Virus record (IMG/VR): IMGVR_UViG_3300025030_000257
Coordinates: 1 to 38,755 of that record
Strand: one strand, 5' to 3'
DNA from: a virus
Taxonomy: Duplodnaviria; Caudoviricetes
Length of the DNA: 38,755 bases
Shown: positions 1 to 6,205 of the stretch, in pieces
How the letters are laid out: the number at the start of each line of letters is the position of its first letter
How positions within the stretch are numbered: position 1 is the stretch's first letter
The notes under the pieces: generated by a model
Seen by the model: the letters and a program-made list of their open reading frames with translations, nothing else
What the model was told of the DNA's origin: nothing
The model's database searches: none
Made by a program: the position numbers and the translations under genes

Positions 1-1
1 G

Positions 2-268
2 AAACCACGGGATAAGAGTAGCTATCCCAGTCGGCCAAAAAACATGGATAAACCGGGCCAGTCCCGCGATGACCAGCTGGGCAAGATCGAGGCGCTGCTG
101 ACGATCGGGAAAAAGCCGTGGGAATACGCCGACGGCATCGCCCGCCGGGTCTGCAAGGTGGACAAGGTTCAGTGGGTCAAAACAGGGGAGCTCTACAAGA
201 TCATTGCGGCCCTGACCTATCAGGCCAAACGTGAAGGCTGGGACCTCTCGGGAGCACAACAAAAATGA
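2..268 (+). CDS. Mu-like GemA/gp16 (DUF1018) family protein, 5' truncated by window edge
   Basis: The frame is open from base 2. The C-terminal pattern KIEALL...WEYADGIARRVCKVDKVQW...LYKIIAAL matches the DUF1018 C-terminus, and the gene lies just upstream of a Mor-like gene as in Mu-like phages. Confidence 0.75.
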   Translation, partial: KPRDKSSYPSRPKNMDKPGQSRDDQLGKIEALLTIGKKPWEYADGIARRVCKVDKVQWVKTGELYKIIAALTYQAKREGWDLSGAQQK

Positions 269-462
269 ACGAAATCACCATACTCATCATCGGCATCGGT
301 ATCGGCTATTTCTGGGCATTATACCGGGTGGAAAACTTCTCCGTTAAAGTGAAAACCACCGTCAAAATGGATGCCCAGGACTTCTGGAACCGAGCCGAGA
401 TCTGGCGCAACCATGCCGACCGGAAACAGCGGGAACTGGAAGCGGAGGCCACAAGTGAGTAA
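265..462 (+). CDS. Small membrane-anchored hypothetical protein
   Basis: ATGA overlap with the upstream stop; N-terminal hydrophobic stretch ITILIIGIGIGYFWAL. Confidence 0.6.
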   Translation: MNEITILIIGIGIGYFWALYRVENFSVKVKTTVKMDAQDFWNRAEIWRNHADRKQRELEAEATSE

Positions 463-1000
463 CGGAAACTATCGGGCCCAGTTCCACATATATCGTGAGT
501 ACTACCAGGGCAGCCCGCTGGCCGACATCTGGGACAAGATCATTCATGTTCTGGAGGAACACGGCATGGAAGGCTCCCATGCAGAATACACCGGCCTGCT
601 GATCACCGAGTGGATCCGCACAACCTGGGGCGGCCTGCTCCTGGTGGAGCGGCATATCGGTGATTCAAAGGAAGTCAGTCGTTTCGACCAGCTGCGCGAC
701 CGCGCCGTCACGATCCTGGCCGAGGTAGCTCCGGATCTGCCCGGTCATGGGCCGATAATCGCCGAAATCGTCCGGGTCGTGCGAATCGATTACCGGGGCA
801 AGTACATTACAAAGATCAAGAGCCTCGACCAGCTGCAGCGGGATCATGAGATCTGGAGCCGGGCCAATACGCCTGCCCAGATGGAGCAAATGGCGATTGA
901 ACACGGGATATCGGTGGTACGTGCCTACCAGATCAACAAGGTAGTCCAGCAGCGAAAGGATAAGCGTGATCAGCCGATGCTGCCGGGGGTGACGGCATGA
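455..1000 (+). CDS. Mor/C-family transcription activator
   Basis: GTG start after GGAGG. Has IRTTWGG and GKYITK...RDHEIW...MAIEHGISVVRAYQI, the Mor dimerisation and C-terminal HTH pattern. Confidence 0.7.
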   Translation: MSNGNYRAQFHIYREYYQGSPLADIWDKIIHVLEEHGMEGSHAEYTGLLITEWIRTTWGGLLLVERHIGDSKEVSRFDQLRDRAVTILAEVAPDLPGHGPIIAEIVRVVRIDYRGKYITKIKSLDQLQRDHEIWSRANTPAQMEQMAIEHGISVVRAYQINKVVQQRKDKRDQPMLPGVTA

Positions 1001-1128
1001 GTGCAGATGCAATCCATGTTTGTTTTCTGTTCTTGGTTGCCGTTTTAACAGGCCACCAGGTGAATGAGGGCGAATACGGTTGGGCCGCCACCTTTGCCCT
1101 GATCTTCTTCGCCATGCTGGCCAACTAA
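997..1128 (+). CDS. 43-aa hypothetical membrane peptide (not in ORF track)
   Basis: MSADAIHVCFLFLVAVLTGHQVNEGEYGWAATFALIFFAMLAN; coupled by ATGA and TAATG overlaps on both sides. Confidence 0.55.
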   Translation: MSADAIHVCFLFLVAVLTGHQVNEGEYGWAATFALIFFAMLAN

Positions 1129-1289
1129 TGACGGCCGACAACCTGGATCTATTCGCGGAGCCTGAATGTGATCACCTGCCGGTGCGGCAGCGGGTGTTTA
1201 TCGGTGATTGGCTGGTGTGTGGGCGGTGTGGGGCTAAGTTGAGGTTGAAAAATTACATCTCGGAGGAAAGTCATGAAAAAGGAATGTGA
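1128..1289 (+). CDS. Small Zn-ribbon-like hypothetical protein
   Basis: TAATG coupling; CDH...CGRC motif. Confidence 0.5.
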   Translation: MTADNLDLFAEPECDHLPVRQRVFIGDWLVCGRCGAKLRLKNYISEESHEKGM

Positions 1290-1431
1290 TCATATTTGGG
1301 TGTCGAACAGCGGCCAAGGAGGGACTCCAGATTACAGGCTTAACCGGCAAATGGGGCAGGAACCTGTGATGCACATAAAGTGTTCTAAATGTGATGCCAG
1401 GACGTGGGTGACAAAAGCACAGTGGGAGTAG
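1273..1431 (+). CDS. 52-aa Zn-ribbon-like hypothetical protein (not in ORF track)
   Basis: GGAGG RBS; MKKECDHIW...KCSKCDARTW. Confidence 0.55.
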   Translation: MKKECDHIWVSNSGQGGTPDYRLNRQMGQEPVMHIKCSKCDARTWVTKAQWE

Positions 1432-1437
1432 GATGTT

Positions 1438-1495
1438 CCCGAACGGCTTGAGTACAACAGCGGGCTTCATCGCCTGCTGCTACGTTTTGTTATAA
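1438..1495 (+). repeat. attC-like site 0
   Basis: CCCGAAC ... CAGCGGGC/GCCTGCTG stem with a bulged C ... GTTATAA; 58 bp. Confidence 0.7.
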
Positions 1496-1508
1496 ATCGG
1501 GAGGGACA

Positions 1509-2009
1509 ATGTCGAACCTCAATTTGTTTGGAGATAACGCCGTGGGAGCTATCGAAGTTGACCCGGAAATTGATTATCAGGTGCGCGGTCTGTGTGTAAA
1601 ACCATACCCTCTGCATCCGAAGGGTTGTCCGAATGTTGGCAAGTGCGACCGGTGCCCTCCGAAAGCACCCCTTTTCCATGAGGCGTTCGACTTAACCCGG
1701 CCAGTGTATGCCGTGGTCAATGAATTCGATCTGGCGGCGCATGTGGGGCGAATGAAAGCTGCAAACCCCGCCTGGTCGGAGCGGCAGCTTTACTGTGTGC
1801 TTTACTGGCAGGGAACTGCGCGGAAACAACTGAAGGCCAAAATTGAGGCTGCGCTTGTTTCTTTCCCTGGCTATGAGGAGACATGGTGTCCGGAGGGGAT
1901 GGGCGTGAACGTCACTGATACACTAGCTGCAATTGGTATTGAGCTGGAATGGCCACCGAAGCGGGTTGTCCGTCAGGTGGCATTACTAGGAATTCGCCGA
2001 GATTTATAA
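1509..2009 (+). CDS. DUF2284-like Cys-rich metal-binding protein (cassette 1)
   Basis: GCPNVGKCDRCPP and CPEGMGVNVTDTL motifs; GGAGG RBS; stop codon lies inside the TTATAAC core. Confidence 0.65.
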   Translation: MSNLNLFGDNAVGAIEVDPEIDYQVRGLCVKPYPLHPKGCPNVGKCDRCPPKAPLFHEAFDLTRPVYAVVNEFDLAAHVGRMKAANPAWSERQLYCVLYWQGTARKQLKAKIEAALVSFPGYEETWCPEGMGVNVTDTLAAIGIELEWPPKRVVRQVALLGIRRDL

Positions 2010-2130
2010 CGGTTGCAGCCTGGACGGTTTGCGAAATCAAGGGAGAAATCATGTGCGACAAGTGTAACAGCCACGATCATTCAACAGAAGATTGCGGAGG
2101 GACAAACCCTGCTGCATTTGCTGGTTATGC
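2004..2130 (+). repeat. attC-like site A, whose large loop carries the next gene's RBS and start
   Basis: TTATAAC..TGCAGC..GGTTTG pairs with CAAACC..GCTGCA..GTTATGC; 127 bp. Confidence 0.65.
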
Positions 2131-2419
2131 CGTTAACCCCGCTCTGCCAAAAAATTGGAACAGGGTGTTGTGGTGTATTTATGGCCCTGACTGCTTCCCT
2201 ACTATATTCTGCTGCAAGATCCTGAACCATCCGTCATGCGGCCCCACAGTATGGGGATACAGCGTTTACGAAGGCGAGCCGGGATTCAGGACGCTCGGCC
2301 AAGGGCTAGTTAAGTGGGTTGCTTCAATGCGGGAACTTTATGAACAAGAGGTTGTTTTTTACGACTGCCATGAAGCCGCTGTACAGGCAATTCATCAGCT
2401 AACAACACCATTGACATAA
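2051..2419 (+). CDS. Hypothetical protein (cassette 2); N-terminal CxxC/His peptide encoded inside attC A
   Basis: GGGAG RBS and ATG at 2051; reads through GGT-TAT at the GTT core; stop codon lies in ACATAAC. Confidence 0.65.
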   Translation: MCDKCNSHDHSTEDCGGTNPAAFAGYAVNPALPKNWNRVLWCIYGPDCFPTIFCCKILNHPSCGPTVWGYSVYEGEPGFRTLGQGLVKWVASMRELYEQEVVFYDCHEAAVQAIHQLTTPLT

Positions 2420-2535
2420 CGGTTTAGATCAGCGGAGGGAATCATGAATTGTGAAAGTGAAATAGACGGAAACTGTATAGAAACTCTCGACAAGTGCAAG
2501 GGATGCCTATCTTCCCCTGCATCTGATGGTTATGA
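2414..2535 (+). repeat. attC-like site B, whose large loop carries the next gene's RBS and start
   Basis: ACATAAC-ggttt-AGAT-CAG-CGGAG pairs with CTTCCC-CTG-(C)-ATCT-gatg-GTTATGA. The bulged top-strand C corresponds to the extrahelical G on the bottom strand; 122 bp. Confidence 0.75.
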
Positions 2536-2893
2536 TGCGCTAGATCCACGAAGCAACGAATTTCAGACCGAAGAAATCTCGGAAAAATTCGCGGCGCTCT
2601 GGCAACTCAAAACCATAGTTTCAGCAGGCCAGCAATTCGGGTGTTCTGTAATACAGCGGCATCTCCGGTGGGGATATACCAAATCGTACAACCTCATGGA
2701 GTATGCAGTTGCAAATGGTTTGGCAAAATGGGGCGAGACAGAAAACAGAATCCAATTCAAGCCGGAACTGACAGAATATCGTTGTTCTGGCTGCGGGGTC
2801 ATAGTCATGAAATCTCTGCCGTGGGTACAGTGGAAGCTGTTGACATGTGCATATGGCTGCGGTGAACGTCGATTCATACGGATAGCATCATAA
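2444..2893 (+). CDS. Protein with FtsK-gamma-like winged helix and C-terminal Zn ribbon (cassette 3)
   Basis: GCSVIQRHLRWGYTKSYNLME resembles the FtsK gamma motif SxxQRxLxxGYxRAxxxxE; CSGC...CAYGC at the C-terminus. Confidence 0.6.
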   Translation: MNCESEIDGNCIETLDKCKGCLSSPASDGYDALDPRSNEFQTEEISEKFAALWQLKTIVSAGQQFGCSVIQRHLRWGYTKSYNLMEYAVANGLAKWGETENRIQFKPELTEYRCSGCGVIVMKSLPWVQWKLLTCAYGCGERRFIRIAS

Positions 2894-2949
2894 CGTATCT
2901 AGCACAGCGGCGGCGGTTTTTGCCGTCCGTCTGCTGCGGCTAGTTTATA
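2888..2949 (+). repeat. attC-like site C
   Basis: TCATAAC..GCA-CAG-CGG-CGGC pairs with GCCG-(t)-CCG-(t)-CTG-(c)-TGC..GTTTATA; 62 bp with extrahelical bases. Confidence 0.75.
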
Positions 2950-2969
2950 GTTGCGAAAGGAGATTTTTC

Positions 2970-3545
2970 ATGGATTTGAAACAATTCTGCTGCAAAGACC
3001 CGATGCACCCGAATATTGCGGAACCGTTCACACAGGGCGGCAAAACGTGGGCAACAAACGGATTTCTGGCAATTGGCGTTACTCCTATATTTGGAGTGAG
3101 AAAGCAGGATACGCCGAAGATGGCGGAACTGATATCGAAGGCGGGCGAACCTGGAGAGTGGTACAAAGTCCCGGCTGTCGAAGTCCAGACTTGCAAGCAC
3201 TGTGCAGGAGTGGTGAATAACTGCAAATGCTACGAGTGCGGCGGCGTAGGCACGGTGACACTCAGCAACACCTATACCGAGTACAGCGGCATTGAATGCG
3301 GATCATGCGAAGGCGAAGGCGAAGTGTTGATGTGTCGCTACTGCTCCGGGACCGGCGTTGATGCCGATGAACTGGTAACTATCGGACCCGCCCAATTCAA
3401 GGCAAATGCGCTGCATCTTCTCCGGGATTTGCCGAATGTCGAAATTTCCCCGACCGGAGCGGAAACGTCGGCTCATTTGCGGTTTGACGGCGGGATCGGT
3501 TTTCTGATGCCCGGCAAAGACACCAAAAAAAACAGAGCACTATAA
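2970..3545 (+). CDS. Phage protein with DnaJ-type CxxCxGxG zinc finger (cassette 4)
   Basis: CKHCAG, CYECGGVG, CGSCEGEG and CRYCSGTG repeats; AAGGAG RBS. Confidence 0.75.
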   Translation: MDLKQFCCKDPMHPNIAEPFTQGGKTWATNGFLAIGVTPIFGVRKQDTPKMAELISKAGEPGEWYKVPAVEVQTCKHCAGVVNNCKCYECGGVGTVTLSNTYTEYSGIECGSCEGEGEVLMCRYCSGTGVDADELVTIGPAQFKANALHLLRDLPNVEISPTGAETSAHLRFDGGIGFLMPGKDTKKNRAL

Positions 3546-3603
3546 CGGCTAGCCCCCTGACCCGCCCGGCGGGGTTTGCCGGGTCGGAGTCCTGGGGCTG
3601 GGG
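3540..3603 (+). repeat. attC-like site D, right GTT core degenerate
   Basis: CTATAAC..AGCCCC..GAC-CCG-CCCGGC pairs with GCCGGG-(t)-CGG-(a)-GTC..GGGGCT; ends CTGGGGG rather than CTGGTT. Confidence 0.6.
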
Positions 3604-3641
3604 GAGAAAAACCCCCGGCTACCCGATTGTATCGCGGTTGG

Positions 3642-3809
3642 CTATTTAGGTGGATCAGGGACGGGTTTACGGCGAGAGGGGCGAGGCTTGGATGCATTGA
3701 GTTTACGGGCAGCAAGGGCGGCATCTGACATGGTTTTCTTTTTGCCCTGACCGAGGAGAGAAGCGGGGTTTATCACCCCGCCGCAATGTGGACATTTGCA
3801 CTCAACCAT
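3642..3809 (-). CDS. Small basic Zn-ribbon / putative DNA-binding regulator
   Basis: The start overlaps the upstream stop; CPHCG followed by a basic tail KKTMSDAALAARKLNASKPRPSRRK. Confidence 0.6.
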   Translation of the reverse strand: MVECKCPHCGGVINPASLLGQGKKKTMSDAALAARKLNASKPRPSRRKPVPDPPK

Positions 3810-4002
3810 TGCAGTAATCGTCCCAGAGGCCATTCAGGATGTCACCTGCGGCCTGGTCGGAGGAGGTCCAGTCGCCATCAACGTAATTGCCAGTCGAGCG
3901 GCCAACGGTGGCGGTGTGACCCTGGGTATTCAGCCATGCACAAAATTCATCGGCTTCGGCGTGGTCAACTGCGATTTCGATTTTGTGAGTGTTCGTTTTC
4001 AT
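3802..4002 (-). CDS. 66-aa acidic hypothetical protein (moron)
   Basis: AGGAGG RBS; has its own promoter upstream. Confidence 0.7.
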   Translation of the reverse strand: MKTNTHKIEIAVDHAEADEFCAWLNTQGHTATVGRSTGNYVDGDWTSSDQAAGDILNGLWDDYCNG

Positions 4003-4043
4003 GGTGTAGCCTCCTGAGTTGGTTTGTCCTTCACTGTGATTTA

Positions 4044-4072
4044 ACTATAGCGGAACGTTTCGCTAGTGTTAA
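4044..4072 (-). promoter_or_regulatory. Sigma70 promoter with inverted-repeat operator in the spacer
   Basis: Minus strand reads TTAACA-N17-TATAGT; near-palindrome TAGCGGAACGTTTCGCTA at 4048-4065. Confidence 0.7.
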
Positions 4073-4346
4073 GAGGTTTTTTCAATAAAAAATGCAATAG
4101 GCAAAAATAAATCTTGAGCGGTACAACACCAGCATGGGCGGCACGACCGCCCCTTTCTATCTACAAAAACCTCATGTCAAGCAAAATCCACCACCTCCAT
4201 TAACGATATTTCAACCATTTACGCCACAATCACAAAAAAACATTTACGCAAGGGGGCATAACTACTATAATTTGCCGCACCTGCAATATAACCCCGTAGG
4301 GGCATATAGAGCAGTGAGCCTGCGAACAAGCGACCAGAGGGCGTAA

Positions 4347-4826
4347 ATGTCACGTAAACCACTCAAATCAGCCGACCCAACAGAAACCGTTGAGCAATAC
4401 CGGCAACGGATAGTTGAAATGGTGTGTGAGTCGACCAAGGACACCGAGTATGGTATCAGGCGGATATGTGACGCGTTCCGAAAGGATGACCAAACATTCC
4501 CACCAGCGAGAACAATCAGGACATGGATAAGTGAGAGCGAAGAGTTAAAAGCACAGTACGCGTGCGCGAAAGAGTACCAGATTGAACACATGGCCGATCA
4601 GATATTGGAAATCAGCGATGACAGTTCACTTGATATGGCGTTCAACGAGGATGGCAAGCCGTTTGTAGATCATGAGCATATCCAACGGTCTAAATTGCGT
4701 GTTGACTCCCGCAAATGGTTATTGTCGAAGATTAACCCGAAGAAGTACGGCGACAAGATCAGCCAAGAAATCACCGGCAAAGATGGTGCGGCTCTGTCAA
4801 TCAATATTGTTAAGTTTGGCGAGTGA
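4347..4826 (+). CDS. terS: Terminase small subunit (Sf6/P22-like)
   Basis: P...TIRTWISE..EL..QYACAKE...MADQILEISDD...SKLRVDSRKWLLSKINPKKYGDK signature; directly before terL. Confidence 0.9.
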   Translation: MSRKPLKSADPTETVEQYRQRIVEMVCESTKDTEYGIRRICDAFRKDDQTFPPARTIRTWISESEELKAQYACAKEYQIEHMADQILEISDDSSLDMAFNEDGKPFVDHEHIQRSKLRVDSRKWLLSKINPKKYGDKISQEITGKDGAALSINIVKFGE

Positions 4827-6205
4827 TGCCAATAGTAACCCTCCCTAATAACTGGACCCCCAGAGATTACCAACTCCCCACATGGAAATATTTAGAGTCA
4901 GGCGGCAAGCGTGCTGTTGAAGTGTGGCACCGCCGGGCGGGTAAAGACGAGGTTGCTTTACACTGGACCGCTGTTGATGCAATCCAGCACCCCGGCAACT
5001 ATTGGCACATGATGCCAGAGTATGCACACGGCAGACGTGCTATATGGGATGCAGTCAACCCTCATACCGGCAAGAAGCGTATTGATGAAGCGTTCCCGCC
5101 AGAGATCCGCACAAAGACTAGCCAGCAGGAAATGAAGATCGAGCTGGTATCCGGCGCTGTCTGGCACATTGTCGGCTCTGATAACTTTGACGGCTTGGTT
5201 GGTTCACCTCCCCGTGGTGTCGTGTTCTCCGAGTGGTCATTAGCCGACCCTAGAGCATGGGCATTCATTGAGCCGATATTAGAGGAGAACGGCGGATGGG
5301 CGATATTCCCCTACACCCCGAGGGGCAACAATCACGGCAAGACCATGTATGACCATGCCCGGTCGCATCCTGATTGGTTTGCTGAACTGCTGACTGCCGA
5401 CAAAACAGGGGTATTCACTCAAGAGCAGCTTGACAACATCAAGGCCGGTTTGATTTCCATTTATGGGGATAACGAAGGACTGGCAGTTTTCAATCAAGAG
5501 TACATGTGTTCGTTTGAAGGATGTGTGCCAGGTGCGTACTACTCTAAACAGATGGCAGAGGCCAGACAACAAGGCAGGATAACCCGTGTGCCGCATCAAC
5601 CAGGCGCGGAGGTCAATACCTATTGGGATTTGGGTGTAGACGACTCTATGACTATCTGGTTTATTCAGCACATAGGGCGGTCCCATGCAGTTATTGATTA
5701 TTACGAAAATACTGGTTTTGGGCTAGAACATTATGCCAAGGCGTTGCGCGGAGAGTTACCAGGGTCTGAACACCGCAAGGGGTACACCTATGGGAATCAT
5801 CACATGCCACATGATGCCGAGCAAAGGGAAATGACCAACAGTGAAATAGCCCTCAGCCGCAAGGAAGTGGCGGAGAATTTGGGAATTAAACCGATCATTG
5901 TTGTTTCCCGTGTTCGTAACATTGACACGTTGATTCAGGTACACATTCCGGCTTGCCGCAACATACTGCCCCAATGTTGGTTCGATGAAGAGAAATGCTC
6001 TAAGGGTATTTCAGCACTAGAGGGATATTGCGCTGAATATGACGAAGTAAAAAAGAAGCTCGGCAACCGGCCATTGCATAACTGGTGTTCGCATGGTTCT
6101 GATGCATTCCGTACGTTCGGGGTAGGCTACAAAGATGAAAATGGATGGGATGAAGACGACCACCAAGAAGAACGATCAATCCGCAGCCGCCGTGGAGGCT
6201 ATTAA
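4823..6205 (+). CDS. terL: Terminase large subunit
   Basis: PRDYQ adenine-binding motif, Walker A HRRAGKD, Walker B VVFSE, TPRG coupling motif, nuclease motifs WDLG and SHGSDAFR. Confidence 0.95.
   Translation: MMPIVTLPNNWTPRDYQLPTWKYLESGGKRAVEVWHRRAGKDEVALHWTAVDAIQHPGNYWHMMPEYAHGRRAIWDAVNPHTGKKRIDEAFPPEIRTKTSQQEMKIELVSGAVWHIVGSDNFDGLVGSPPRGVVFSEWSLADPRAWAFIEPILEENGGWAIFPYTPRGNNHGKTMYDHARSHPDWFAELLTADKTGVFTQEQLDNIKAGLISIYGDNEGLAVFNQEYMCSFEGCVPGAYYSKQMAEARQQGRITRVPHQPGAEVNTYWDLGVDDSMTIWFIQHIGRSHAVIDYYENTGFGLEHYAKALRGELPGSEHRKGYTYGNHHMPHDAEQREMTNSEIALSRKEVAENLGIKPIIVVSRVRNIDTLIQVHIPACRNILPQCWFDEEKCSKGISALEGYCAEYDEVKKKLGNRPLHNWCSHGSDAFRTFGVGYKDENGWDEDDHQEERSIRSRRGGY

Larger units (their letters stand above)
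1438..3603 (+). mobile_element. Array of four integron-like gene cassettes (CALIN-like, no intI in window)
   Basis: Five attC-like hairpins. Each cassette ORF ends on the TAA of a TAAC core, and each cassette's 5' GTT core is the reverse complement of its own 3' AAC core. Confidence 0.8.

Noticed and set aside
4134-4346. 70-aa ORF before terS
   Set aside because: Low-complexity, no RBS; more likely the late promoter or pac region.
5218-5235. TerL Walker B reading VVFSE rather than hhhhDE
   Set aside because: The catalytic Glu is kept and this variant is familiar in this terminase group; not evidence of inactivation.
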